Positions 29,026 to 42,711 of a DNA stretch of 64,000 nt are shown here, in pieces. Position 1 is the first letter of the stretch. Each line of letters starts with the position of its first letter. Under the pieces are notes generated by a model that did not search any database, was not told where the DNA came from, and saw only the letters and a program-made list of their open reading frames with translations. Source of the stretch: Eledone cirrhosa (lineage: Eukaryota); assembly GCA_964016885.1 (NCBI GenBank), contig OZ024742.1, positions 187,612,001 to 187,676,000 on the forward strand, in the 5' to 3' direction. Position numbers and translations under genes: made by a program.

Positions 29026-29530
29026 CGAGGGTGCTTCAAAACGTTGCTGGAAAAAGGACAGTTGGAAAATTAGGTTTAAGATATGATTATCTTTCAACAT
29101 ATGCTCCATCTAGGTCAATACATTTCTGCAAGTGTTGATACCAGACTTTAACTCCATCTGTGTAAAACTGAGGCCATTTAAGCAATGTCAAAGCAGCTTG
29201 TTATACATCTTCAGTTAGAGATCATCTTCAACCTCATCTCCTCCACTTCTAAAACTACTTATCCGTTTGTAGGTTGTTGATTTTTTGCGGCATTGTCCCC
29301 TTAAAGTTGCTCCAGAGCGTCAATGATTTGACTGCGCGTCCAGCCTAGCTTCAACATGAATTTGATGTTTTCATGGAGACCATGTTGCTGATTCCGACTA
29401 CTGTTGCCGAGTTGCATCATGGATTTAAGTGTTCATGTTAGAACATGTTATGACACGTTAGTACGAGAAAGCACAGATGGATTGAGAGCAGAATCCCTGC
29501 ATATGATTTTCACGTTTGGAAGCTCTCTCG
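29026..29530 (-). mobile_element. internally deleted Hsmar2-like (irritans subfamily) mariner
   Basis: TA flanks; TIRs cgagggtgcttcaaaacgt / acgtttggaagctctctcg; minus translations NIKFMLKLGWTRSQIIDALEQL*GDNAAKKSTTYKRISSFRSGGDEVEDD and PQFYTDGVKVWYQHLQKCIDLDGAYVER*. Confidence 0.9.
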
Positions 29531-30470
29531 TATATGTATGTATTTATAAACTTGTGTCAGTGAGAGGTGAGCTGTGTGTTTCTATAGGTATATGTATATA
29601 TAAACGTATTTGTGTGGATATACATGACTATATGCATCTTCATGTATAAATGTATAGATAGATATATTTCCGAATATACAACGGAACTGTTAGATATTTA
29701 GATACGCTAAAATTGCTATTGAAAATCTGAGCAGTCTTCTAAATGAAGCGAGGAATGCAGGTGTTCGCTCTACCATAGATACACGGTTCGATTCCCGTAA
29801 GTTGTTCAATCAGTTCCCCCATTATGTATCGTGTGCGCTCTACATTTATATATATACATACCTATATATACTCACACATTTACATTCACACACATACATG
29901 CACACACACATGCACATTTATACATATACACATACACACTCACTCGCATGTACATAGACATACATATATACACATACATACATATATACGTAAGTACATA
30001 CACACTCACTCACATATACATACTAAAATACATATATAGACATACATATATACGTATATACATACATATGTACTTACATACACAGGTATACACACAGATA
30101 TATACAGTCATACACACATACTCAGACGACGAATACCTTATACATATATTCGTAGTTAGATGTAAAAAAGCTTGTCTATCTGCCAATACAGCAATGCAAC
30201 AGTGTATGAGAGAATAATATTGAAGTAAAAGAAAAGGACTCTCTAACAATATTAAAACACAACACCACCTGCCAAAATAAATAATGGAATCCTCACTGCT
30301 TCTCAACCATTACTTTATATAATGGAAATTGTATTTTAGATGCAGTGTACGCGTGTGTGTTTGTGTGTGTGTATATATATATATTTATATATATATAACA
30401 CATACACATACATATATATACATACACAAACACAGACGCACACACACACACACAGACACACACACATATA

Positions 30471-30519
<49 letters not shown>

Positions 30520-30603
30520 AACCGACACTTTATAATACACACACACACACACGCACACACACACACATATATATATATATATAAAGAACCGACACTTTAT
30601 AAT

Positions 30604-30696
<93 letters not shown>

Positions 30697-31113
30697 TATA
30701 TATATGAGAGAGAGAGAATCGACTCTTTATAATATATACATATATATAATTTAGAAAAAAAATATAATTATATATGCTAAGAACTCTGCTACTTTGTTAC
30801 ATCTTAAATGGATTCCACTACAGGCCATATCTATTATGTTCAGAAAAGAAATTTCATGGAAAAGAAAAAATCAGACGTATGAGAAATGGAGGAAAGGAGG
30901 TGAGATAAAATGCAAAGAAAAATAACCTTATTTTTACTCCATATTTCGTTGTTATCCTGTTACTCTCTATACACCTATAAACGTTCCTATCTATTCTCTC
31001 CATATATCCCCTCTGACACTCTTGTATATCTATCTACCACCCCCTCTCTCTCACACACACACACACACATATATATTTCTTTATGAAGAGCGAGAGGTTA
31101 GACATAATTACGC

Positions 31114-31172
<59 letters not shown>

Positions 31173-32450
31173 AGTTTTACACACATTAAATATGTTTTTG
31201 CATGTATACATACACAAACACATGTATATGCATACATTAAGCGATATGCTAGTTACTAATGGAAGTAAATATAATATATTTCTATTTGTAACTTAACGTT
31301 ATTCTTGATAACAGCAAGATTTCAATTAAAAACAGAAAAAAGCTCAAAATAATATCCCCCAAAATAAATTACGTCTGTCGGTATCTGATTAATTGATCAT
31401 TATATCCTCCTAATTTCTACTTTTGACGTATTTCTGGAATTTTAATGAAGACCAATTTATAAAGAACTGAAAGGAAGCTACGCTGTGTATCGTTATATTA
31501 TAATATTCCCTCGAAAGCGCCCATGGTATGGCGGATAGCTTGTATTTAGCGTGTTCTAGACAACATGAAAAGCATTTTGTAGTTACACCTTGCTGGCCTT
31601 TGGATTTAATCTACAGCTTTTCGTCCCATCGGGCGATTTTATCTATAGTGCCCTTGCATCGTTTAATATTCTAGAGCGTTTGACAAATATCTTTGCTGTA
31701 TTTGTTCAATCTCATTATGTTCTGAGTTCAAATCCCACCAAGATCAGCTTTGTTGATAACAATAGAAATCTACTGGACAATTATAGTTTGATATCAATTT
31801 TTTCTCTTTATTCCTGTTAAAATGTTAACGAATCACGTACATGTATACGAGTGAATTTCATATTTGTAGGGAAAATGGTTTTGTTAGGATCACTTAATGT
31901 CGAGTGCGCTCTGAACCCGATGGGAGATACGGATATATTTAGGGTTTCCACAGCTTAGTGCTTTTTGAATGCTATTTCCACCCCCACCTCGAAAAAAAAA
32001 GTTTAATTCAACATGTGTTGATTGCAGCCATGTTGTATTTGTTTACGTCTGTATACATGAAGACGTTTCTAACGTTTATAGGATCCTAAATGAAATAGAA
32101 ATAAACCGTAATTAAACTATGAAGAAATAATTTTTCATGAGGAGTTTTGTTTTCATTGTTCGTACAAAAGAATTTGATATCATGTTGATATTTGTTTTGA
32201 TAATTCAACAATATAATGAGTTAACAATAAGGTTCTAATGCAGGGTTAATTGCATTGTTGGGTCTTAGGTTTATTGCATCAGTGATTCAGTGCTGACTTT
32301 ATTAGCAATTTGTAATAAAGTTACGAAATAATGTTCTCCCCTTTTTCTTTTCATAGCCTGAATGGGTTCTAGAAATGTAAAAACTCAAAGGTTCGTTAAC
32401 ATAAAATTGATTGATTGATTTGGCTTTTCATTTTTCACAGTAAATAAGAA

Positions 32451-33502
32451 GTGATAATATGGCTGCTTGAGAAAAAGCCCGAGGAGGAGTTACCTCAAAC
32501 TCGACTCCCTTCCAAACAAGAGCTCTTGTATTTTCTCTGCCTTCACATCGAACTTGGGTTGACAATTTCAATTGATTATGATGATGAAATCTTGAAGTCT
32601 GCACGGCCCGGAGAATCACTAACGATAAAGCCGAATCTCGACTTCACACTTGTTGCCCATTTGGGAATGGGAGAAAATATCAGTATGACGAGGAAGTACT
32701 TCGTATATCGCAATTGCTAAAAGTCTTGGTCATCATGTGTCTTAACTCTCGATATCCTCCTCAACTGTTCACCGAGAGAAGGTGGCTCGGGAAATCGAGT
32801 TATCCGCTTTTCCACTTAAATGGCTAGTCCTCCATCGGGATGGATAATTATTACCATCGGCTTCCCGATACAGCGCACTCGAAGAACATATTGCAGTTTT
32901 AGTTACAGTAAAAGTGTTCCGATGGCACGGGATGGAACCGGACTGTAATCATTTTGAAGGAAATTTAACGACTCTAAATTGAGGATAGAATAATTAGTAT
33001 GTCCTTCGACATCACCGCCAGTAACACCGGCATGCACCAGGGAGCTAATAAAAAAATTGAAGCAACTCCGAAAACACCCTTCTTGTGGCTAGCTTTCTGC
33101 GAGCACATTATTGAACTGATTTTGAAGAAAGTCTTTGATATGTTGCTCATCATCTGCTCCCAGTATACCAATGTTCAAAACATTCCAGGAACGTTAGGAC
33201 CCCATCGATTAGTCTCATTATCTAACTATACTGAATCATGAAAAGCCATGGGAAGATTTTTACCAGAAAACAGGGAAAAGATGGCTGAATTTCTACTCAC
33301 TGTACCGCTTTCTGGAAATCATCCCTGAGAAGACTATACTGAGTTCATAATACTCTATCTCCCTCTTTCTGGAAAGAATCGGCTGAATCTCGAGGTAGAG
33401 AAAATGGACTCCTCGAAGGTTAAATGATAAAAAAACACCGCATGTCATGATAGTGCTCCTACAACGCAATGAAGAATTGAGACCGATGGATGGATGCAAA
33501 TA
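32451..33502 (+). pseudogene. decayed DDE transposase, hAT superfamily (hATm-like, tentative)
   Basis: Ordered motifs RLPSKQELL, LVLHRDG*LLP (32821), EHIAVLVT, DGTG, SFDITASNTG..GA..LWLAFCEHIIELILKKVF. Confidence 0.7.
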
Positions 33503-34114
33503 ATTAGTTTTTCAACTTAAGAAAGGTACTAATAATGCAATTAATTGGTACATTTATAATCTGAGTTAGCCATATATCCTGCATTCATAAGCATTATATT
33601 TTTCTTTCTGCTTAAATAGGCAAGTTAACGAACTTGCAGTGAGATTTATTGTTAATATTATGAATACTGTCATTGTGAAATTTCTTAATAATTATAAGAT
33701 GTCAGAATGAAATCTCTTTATATACATACTGACAATGGAATTGCTATCTATTTCAGTTTTGATGAATACTTTATATTATATGATAGTTTGACCACATACA
33801 TTCTATATTTAGGTTTGCCATATCGGTTCAAATGGGTATTTCCCTCCTTCTCTATGTTGCATGTTGACTTGATGTGCAGTTTACGAAGAAGCCCCTTAAT
33901 TAGATATTCTCTAAAGTAGCTGAGATCTTTGTCATAATTATGGAATTGGGAGTTCATTAGAAGTTCACATCATTTGCCTTACATACGCGCGTACACGCAC
34001 GCACGCATACGCACGCATACACACAGGCACGTACGCACACGCACACGCACACACTTTGATAGACTATTCTTATTGTAGCCCCTCCCCCATACACCCACGC
34101 ATTGTTAGATATAA

Positions 34115-34432
34115 CCTCTCTCGCTTTCCCTCGCTCTTTCTTTCTCTCGCTCTCTCTCTCGATTTCTTTCTCCCTCTCGATCTCTCGCTCACTCGCTCTC
34201 TCTCTCCCTCACTCTCTCCCTCCCTCACTCGCTCTCTCACTCCTTCCCTTGTTCACTCACTCTCTTTCGCTCACTCTCGTTCGCTATTTCTCTCTAGTTC
34301 TCTCTCATTCGCTCTTTCTCTTTCGGTCTCTCTCATTCGCTCTTTCTCTCTCGATCTCTCTCATTCGTTCTCTCTCGGTCTCTCTCTTTCACGTTCTCTC
34401 ACTCCCTCTCTCCCTCTCTCACTTACTCTCTC
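34115..34432. repeat. (CT)-rich degenerate microsatellite
   Basis: Directly visible. Confidence 0.9.
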
Positions 34433-34799
34433 ATATATATATACACATTATATATCGTTATGCATGTCATCATATTGTTGATGGAACTGCAGAATATATA
34501 CTGCATCATATTGAACTATATATTTCACTATCTCCACATCTGGCTATACATATATCAACGGACCAGTTAATTGTCTACATATTTTATCTTTCAATCTATA
34601 TGTAGAGATAATCTCTATTCAATATTATTAATATGGATCACCCTGATTTTATCTAGTGGTTTGTTTGTAAACATACTTAATATATTTATGAAGTAAATAT
34701 AGTCTTGTAGTGAAGGGGTGGTTAGGGGTGCATGATAACATCCTTTTACTTGGTATTCATTTCAGATCACTTCATCCTGATTTCAAATCCTAAATTACA

Positions 34800-36450
34800 T
34801 TTAACTGCAATCTTATTTTGTAAGATCTAACTCCCCCGTCCAATTTCCCGGTCTCCTCCCAGCAATAGATGATGTGCTGCTATATTTTCTTGGGGAACTG
34901 GTATTATATCGTCAACAATGTTCAAATAACACGTGGAGAAATGCTGCTTCTACTCCGCTCTAATTGGAAACAAACTTGGCCTTACTTCCTATATATAGAC
35001 TTTCTCATAGTGTAATCGAAAAGTACAGCAAAGAGACATGAAGCTAAGGAGTTTTGTTGCAAAACACCAACTACTATTTCGATAAAACGTCTGTCCTAAT
35101 CAGGTGTAATTAGCTTGGCTGTTGTGGTTTCATTACCTGATCTCAATAGATGTTAGACTAGTTGGTATGCCATAGGTGAGGCACACTACACGACACTTTA
35201 TTACAATCAACGACATAATAGCTTTTTTTGTTGTATTGTATTGAACACCCTCAAAATGCGTGCCACAATCGAGGAAGCCATTTTGGTTTATTCTAAGTAG
35301 CGAATCACTGTTTAGCAGGATACGATTCAATGATTCAATATCTTGGCGACGATGGAAAAGATTTATACCACTGAAGTTTGTTGTGTCACCAAGGTCATCT
35401 GAACTCTTCTTCGATCCCTAGCTGGCAATTAGAGGAGGCTGGCCACTCTACCAATGTGCTGCTGTGAGTGTCACTGGATGATGGACTTCGATTAGGTTCT
35501 CCCACGCTTTTCTATCCATTGCGATTGCCTTAGTATGGTCCAGGTGGAGGCACTGCGTTGTCAGGTCCTTGATTTGTTTTGTCATCTGAATTTGAGTAAT
35601 CAGGTCATGTTATTCATGTATTAATCTGGCAATGATAAATTCGTTGGCAAATATTAGGATATCAAATCATCTGGTTTTATGACCTCACGACCAGCAGTTT
35701 TTTCCACATCATAGACCTTTCTTTGCTTTCAAAAGTTCTGGCATTGTGAAAGGTCCATCGTTGATTCTCAGATATTTCAGGATAGGCACGATGTCCTCTT
35801 CATCTTCAATTCTGTTTTCTCCTCTATCAGGACGTTGAAGCCATTTATATCAAAGCTTATTCTTCTTTAATAGAACCTGTTTTCACTCCATTTCTCCCGG
35901 AAATCTATCCCTTTTTCTAGCTGCATCAATATGCTCATCATTAGCTATGTACTCCCGTTTATCTTTTTCCTCCATTCTTTCCAGCAGCTTATTTATTAGT
36001 GTTTTCGAACTTAACATCATTTTCTAAAATATCATCCTCATACACTGAACATAATTTATATCTGTTGGACATTCTCCTCAAGTAGAGCTTCTGCAACTTT
36101 AAATCTATCTTTCAGATGACCCCAGTCATATCTGATTGTCTTGGGGTTACTGTATGCCATGCAGACACTGAATTTGATCTTAGCTGTTAGTATTCAATGA
36201 TCAAATTCAACACTACTAAAACAATTGAATATCTCTACGGCTGGATATTTCTCCATTTCCTATTAAGATTGTAGCCAAACTTACTTCCATTCATATCTGA
36301 TTGATATGACCAGAGATTCCTCATACGAGACATAAGAGAAGGCTTAGTCGATTTCCCCCTCATGTTCGCGTAGACGTCCAGTATTAGCGGGTTAGCAATA
36401 TTATTTTCAAAGTGTGCGTTAAAGTCCACAATATTTATTATTATATACTT
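34800..36450 (-). mobile_element. heavily decayed LINE with APE endonuclease and RT remnants (RTE/RTE-X-like)
   Basis: Minus order DFNAH..LW..NGSK..RKWRN (endonuclease), LNRIL..LLRINQNGF, LFAVLFDYTMR, LNIVDDI (FADD equivalent). Confidence 0.7.
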
Positions 36451-37622
36451 GGTGGATGCTGTTGAATGACAGAATCTTTTGTAAAAACCTTCCGCTTTAT
36501 CATTGCAGTTGATAGGGATTTAGCTGACTATTACTGATGATACTGGAATCACACTGTAGACTCTTGTCAGTATGTGGCTTTATATTACTAGTTAGCATTT
36601 CTAATTTGTTAACTCTCTCTTTCTTATTCTCTCACTCACTCTCATTCTCTCACTCAATCTCTCTCTCTCTCTCTTTCTCTCTAATATATATGTGTATATA
36701 TATATATAAAGGGAAAAGGCTTTTATTTTTTTCACCTCCACTTTATATATTATATAATATACATGCATGTATATACATACATACATATCCTCAATAAGAT
36801 TTATACACGCACACATACATATACATATATATACATATACATACACAATTATCCTCAGCAATGTTGTCGTATTATTTACCACTTCATCTAATGCAATGCA
36901 TTAGATAATGCAGTAAGATTGTTCTAATAAAATATATAAAAATAAAATGAAATAAAAATAGAAAGCGAAGCAAATGAAATGCTTTCTTTGCGCATCTTTA
37001 ACTTACAAAAAACGGTATACTTTATTAAAAAAATCAATATAATATCGCGACTTTCTTCCGTAACTTATGTTCTAGCCAAATACTAGAGATATTAACACAA
37101 ATTATAGGTGAGCTTTAAAGTTATATATTATTGCAGAAATTATTCTCGTGTTTACACCAATTTTCTTCCGAAATAGAAACAGAAAAAATTGATAGAAGCC
37201 ACGCCACAGGCAAAACATTTTTTCACCAAAATAAACTAAACAGAAAAGATCTCGATTTTGTTTTCTTATAAGCAGATAGATATCAGTGATGTTTTTGATA
37301 ATTTTCTACAAAATAAAATCACAATAAATAGAAATAGTAATAATATTAATAATTGTAGTAAAATATTAATAATAATGGTTATAATAATAATACTGATAAT
37401 ATTTATTGCAATGAATAAACCAATTCTACTTACATATGAGGAACAATGTTAAGATATTACCATATTTATTAAATAATGGTGATTTTATATCAGGTTGGCG
37501 CCTTAACTCTATCATAATGTTAACGGTTAGTAGACAATTGGTGTTGTATATATTTAAAGGAAAGAGACATTGCAAGGGTATTATATTTACATAAATACAT
37601 AAATTTTAGACCATTCGTCTCT

Positions 37623-37678
<56 letters not shown>

Positions 37679-37736
37679 TACATATGATATACACACATGT
37701 ATATATATATATACATACATATACATATATAAACAC

Positions 37737-37847
<111 letters not shown>

Positions 37848-39580
37848 AGTCATGTAGTAGCAAAGTGTGCAGTATATAGAGTTATAGATAATAGTGATAA
37901 AACATATCATTCACATGTCTGGAATATATAGAGATCAACCACGTTGTTCTATTAATAGTTATGCATTTAAAATTTATAGACACGAAAATTTACATACACT
38001 TGAAAATATAAAAAAAAAAACATGTCGCTCAAAGATATTAGGATATGAATAAATAATAATGTTAATATCTTAATATATACATAAGCAAAGATGTTTACGA
38101 AACAGAATATTTTTCAAACAATGAAAAATGTAGTTTGTGTTTTTGCGAAAATCTTCAAATTTTAACATACTCCTCGCATAGCGACAGAGAAATGTAAAAT
38201 TTGACGCTTGACTAAATGTTTAACATACATAGTATTAACACTCTACGTTTGGCGTTCCAATATCTCCTTATTTGTGATTAGAATGCTTTCTGATTTAGGC
38301 ACAAAGCCAACAAATTTCCTGGTAGGGGAAAGTGAATTAATTTGCTAATAGTATGTTACTGGTACTTTATTTTATCGACACCATAAGAGTGACATTCAAA
38401 GCTAACCTCAGCGGGATAATAAGTACATGCCGTAAAGCATGTTGCAGTTGATATAATATTAAATGGATTCTTCACTATTACTAAGAGAGTGAAGTAAAAT
38501 ATTCATGATTAGTTGGTGGGAGGGATAAGATTGTCATTAAAGTGTATATTTTTTCAAATTCTTGAAGCAATGTCAAATGCATCCACTTAACACTCTTCTA
38601 CTAACTCTCTCACTCTCTCTCACCCACCCTCTTTCTCTTACTCTTTTTTACTCTCACTCTCTCTAATTCTCTCTCTCTCTCTCCCTATCTCTCTCATTCT
38701 CTCTCTCACTCTCTTTCAGTCTCTCTCACTCACGCGCTCACACTCACGCACTCACACTGACTCGCTCACACTCACGCACTTACTCTCTCACACTCACACA
38801 CTCACTCTCTCACACACATCAAGCGGTGAATATCTCAATGTGTGTATATAGGTTTTTATACTGGTGAAAAAATACTCTACCATGTGGTCTTTCAACAATT
38901 GATTTTCGCTATTTCACAAACTATTAAAAGAATATAGCATAATCATCTAGAGGTGAGAGGTTATGTCATTTTCTGTAATTCAGCACACAATTTAACCCGA
39001 CACAACTGAGAGTTTTACTAATTAAATTAACTGCTCCATCCATGCACATTCAAATATAACCTTATTAGTTAGAACAAATTTCAAAATATGTGTCTAACTC
39101 AGGAAGTAATCAAATATATTAATGTATATAATATTTTCTTCCCTGTAGTCTTAACTGTTGGGGATTTGGCTGCTGCAGCAGCTTAATTATCTTAATATTG
39201 GCGAAGCATAGCTTACAAGCAAATTAATCATATTTGTCTAAATATACTTGACAAAATAATAGTTTCATGAATATTTTTTTCACTGCGGGCAGTTGGAATA
39301 TAATTGGTATTTTCATGTTTTAATAAATCTCTTTACATGTTGATCTTATCTAAATTCATGTGCTTGTATAATTCATGTTGATGTACCTTTTGGCAATATT
39401 GTTTCCCTTCCAAATGGAGAATTATCTGAAAGCCCTGCGTACATAATGAAAGCTATCTGAAACTGCTCTGACCTCTAAAATCTATTTATATATATATTTT
39501 TTAACTTGTGTGTTTTTCATGTTTCTTTCTAACATCGATGCATTAGAAAACACCTACTCACACTCTCTCACATTCACGTT

Positions 39581-39641
<61 letters not shown>

Positions 39642-39646
<5 letters not shown>

Positions 39647-40675
39647 AAAGAACACAAGAGCGTCTACAACTTCAAATTATTTTTATTGGCTTACAATGTT
39701 TCTTCCTTACGTAACCGTAGGATTCGTCAGAGCTATAAAAGGGGTTTGATTGGTGTTATGGACTCTGCCAACCAAACATTCAAGAACAAAGAGTAAAGAG
39801 AGTAAAGAGCAAAAGCAGGGACGATAAGTGTAATTTTGGTCCGGGAGGGTGGGGTTTGGGTCCTTGTTTACTAGCTGTGGTCATATTCATTCCAGGGAGT
39901 CGAGTGGTTAGTTGAGCCATAGATGGGATGGCGTCGATAATAGGGTTCAGAGGCTACACACACACAAAAGGCATACAATATATATATAATGGAGGAGGTA
40001 ATTAGAAATGGAAAAAGAGTAATAATATTAATCTATAATTAATTGTTTCTACTTTAGGCACAAGGCCAGCAATTAATGTATAATAAGGCATGGGGAAGAT
40101 TACACTATAATAAGGTATAAAAGTACGAATAAGGTAAAATATAAAGGAGGATAAAAGTGAAAATATGGATAAAGATAAAAAAATATATATAAAAAATATA
40201 TAGAGAATATATAATGAAATATAAGTAAGTATTAGGAGGGGAAAACACGATGTAAAAAAAACGATCTTTTCAAACAAAAGTATTATAAATATAGGGGGAG
40301 AAAACGGGATAGAGAAATATAATCAAATGTGATTATTTGAGAGAATATAGGATGATAATAGTTATGTCAAGTTTATACATCCTAATAATAAACAATCTGT
40401 ATATCAGAGTTACACATCCTTCAATTCACCTGCAGGTTCAAGCCACGTGGTATAGTCCATTGTTCATCTGTGCGGTCATGTGCGTTTGTTTTTGACACGA
40501 CAGCAGATGCACAAGTTCGTAAATTCCAATGCAGATAGAAATCTATTTTTGCTCACCCAGACATTGACGGAGGATCCAATATTCCTAGTTCAATATGTGT
40601 GTGGTGTTATTTTGGTCGCGCAAATCAATCACTTGGTTCAATATTATGGAGTATGATTTTTTGGTCTTCGTAACA
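39642..40675 (-). mobile_element. 5'-truncated Penelope-like element
   Basis: Hammerhead near the 3' end next to (TA)n; upstream minus peptide EQWTIPRGLNLQVN* (about 40465-40421) resembles the PxGLN end of the PLE GIY-YIG domain. Confidence 0.55.
39688..39734 (-). ncRNA. minimal type I hammerhead ribozyme
   Basis: Minus: gct-CTGACGA-atcctacg gtta cgtaaggaa-GAAA-cattg-TA-agc. Confidence 0.75.
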
Positions 40676-40872
40676 ATATATATATATTGGTAAAAGGCAA
40701 ATAAAATGCTGACAAATTGTTCCCATGAAAAATAGTTTAATTAGGAATAAGTAAAAATTAGTAATAAGTATTGATTAGTATTCAGTTTTAGTTTTAAATT
40801 TTTACCGGTTGCGCATTTCTAATGCTTTTCAAAAATAATTTTGAGATAGAGCGCCCGTGATGTTTGCTCTAA

Positions 40873-41434
40873 TTTGTCCCATGGTCGGGTCGTTGGCGAC
40901 TAAACTGGCAACCCTACCAAGGTTTCTTGGTCAGGAGGGTGACTTTGGACATCCTGTAGGACTAAAAACAAAAACTGTCAAAGGGCAAAGGAGCTCTTAA
41001 TAGTCAATGGCAATCCAAAATTACCGGGAGAGATGACCCCTTAGCCTTTGTCAAGGCGGAATTCTAGGAGATGGAAAACTCTGATACAAAACCTGCAACC
41101 CTGATGGTATCCAATGATGTTGACTTGTTCTTCTTTTTGGTAAATATCATCTTGGTTAAGAGAGTGGGACTGGCTTAGTGCAGTGCCTTTGCTCACTATA
41201 AAAGCTTCACGGCAGAGGCATTGCTTTATATCTGGAGATCTCTCTGCACTTATCGTCACATGGTACCATGGGCCCAGCACTATGTGTCAACAATTGTCGC
41301 AAGTGTAGTGTTTGTACCAGAGTTTTCAAGTCGCTGGCTGGACTAAAAAGTCTCAATCGTTCAGCGCATCGGTAGGGGTTCTCCTGCATGGATATAAAGT
41401 AGTGGCCGTACTCGAAAACGAGTTGGCAGCCACC
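40873..41434 (+). mobile_element. bipartite non-autonomous RTE derivative 1
   Basis: RTE-type 5'UTR (ggagatggaaaactctgatacaaaacc) joined to [24 protein letters not shown] (41301-41375) and a tail hairpin actcgaaaacgagt. Confidence 0.7.
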
Positions 41435-41477
41435 ATATACGTGTATATGTGTATATATATATATGTGTGTATTTATA

Positions 41478-41539
<62 letters not shown>

Positions 41540-41726
41540 TATATATATGTTTATATATGTACATATATATATATGTGTATATATGTATATATATGTGTAT
41601 ATATCCATATATATATATGTATATATGTATATATATATATATGTATATATGTGTGTATATATGTGTGTATACATATATATATATATGTGTATGTGTGTAT
41701 ATGTATATATATATATATATATGTGT

Positions 41727-41915
41727 CAGGTCACTCTTGAGTGCTACTGGTAACATGTAAACCAGTACAACCTGTCGCATGGTCGGATGGTCGGTGACTA
41801 AACTGGCAACACCACCAAGTTTACTTGGTGAGGAGGGTGATTTTGGACACCCCGCTGGACAAAAAACAAAACCCGACAAATGGCGGAAGAACTCATAAGT
41901 GTCAACGGCCGTCAA
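41727..41915 (+). mobile_element. 5' portion of the same RTE derivative family with compact HDV-like fold
   Basis: Homologous to about 40875-41015; ccagt..ctaa-actgg pairing. Confidence 0.6.
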
Positions 41916-41984
41916 AAAATGTGTAAATATGTATATACACATGTACATATGTATGTGTATGCATATGCTTGTGTATATATACCT

Positions 41985-42165
41985 GGGGTGTCAGGGGGGG
42001 GACATGTACCTTTGTAGGGAGGGTTAGCCAATTCCTTTTCAGGACAGCTCGTCCTGCATTGGGTCCCACCTGACACTCAGCTCTAACCTGTAGCCCCGAG
42101 AAGCTGTAGCATGTGACAGCGGCCACACGCCCGTAAACCGCCTTGGCTGGCGGGCTGAACCAGGT
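41985..42165 (+). ncRNA. HDV-like ribozyme fold (decayed)
   Basis: P1 ggggtgt(41985)/acacgcc(42125), P2 acctgt/accaggt, P3 agc/gcc, P4 ccgcc/ggcgg and J4/2 gCtga, in HDV order. Confidence 0.55.
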
Positions 42166-42708
42166 CGAGGGTAGCCGGACGGGTCTGAAACCACCCGGTG
42201 AGTTAGATTGGGGATGCCTACCCCTGCATGCGAAACTGGACCCGGCGGAGTGAGTGTAGGAGGACAACATCGTCCCAACGGTCACAAATGCAGCGACAGC
42301 AAGCAGTGTGGAGCGCTAGGGCATTGCAAGTCACTACAGATGTCGTGGCTATCCACTGCAGCCAAGGATTTCCCTAGTCGTGACGGTCCTCCGTAACACC
42401 GGATTCTGGCTTCGGCGGCCGAGTAAGTGGAACCGCCACTGTGCACTGGCCCTCCCACTATAAACCTTTCCGGCACAGGTTTCCTCTTTAGCGTGCACTC
42501 CCAAATCCCTGCAGCGATGGGGGAGTGGTGGAGGTAACAGGTGGAGGTAACCTCTGGGAGTTACCAGTCTGAATCCGGTCTCTTCCCCTGCCCTTACTGT
42601 CCCCGGATCTGCAAGTCAAGGATCGCCCGGCCCAGCCACCTTCGTGCCCACGGCAGAAGGGAACAACAATAAAGGGGATTGCATCATCGTTTACGATGGA
42701 CAACCATT
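41985..42708 (+). mobile_element. bipartite non-autonomous RTE derivative 2
   Basis: GC-rich 5'UTR joined to FPCPYCPRICKSRIARPSHLRAHGRREQQ* (42583-42672) and tail catcatcgtttacgatggacaacc; no EN or RT. Confidence 0.8.
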
Positions 42709-42711
42709 ATT

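Noticed and set aside
29745-29800. tRNA-like ggttcgattccc
   Set aside because: No cloverleaf; likely a decayed SINE head.
30514-30733. Three copies of agaa(c/t)cgac(a/t)ctttataat separated by microsatellite, CRISPR-like spacing
   Set aside because: Spacers are simple repeats in a eukaryotic context; this is a slippage duplication.
42077-42178. Twister ribozyme reading (c-TAA-cctg..cggccacacgcccg..cagg-GAGGG)
   Set aside because: Superficially similar, but the L4 AAGC is absent. The HDV-like model also explains the P1 partner at the element's exact 5' boundary.
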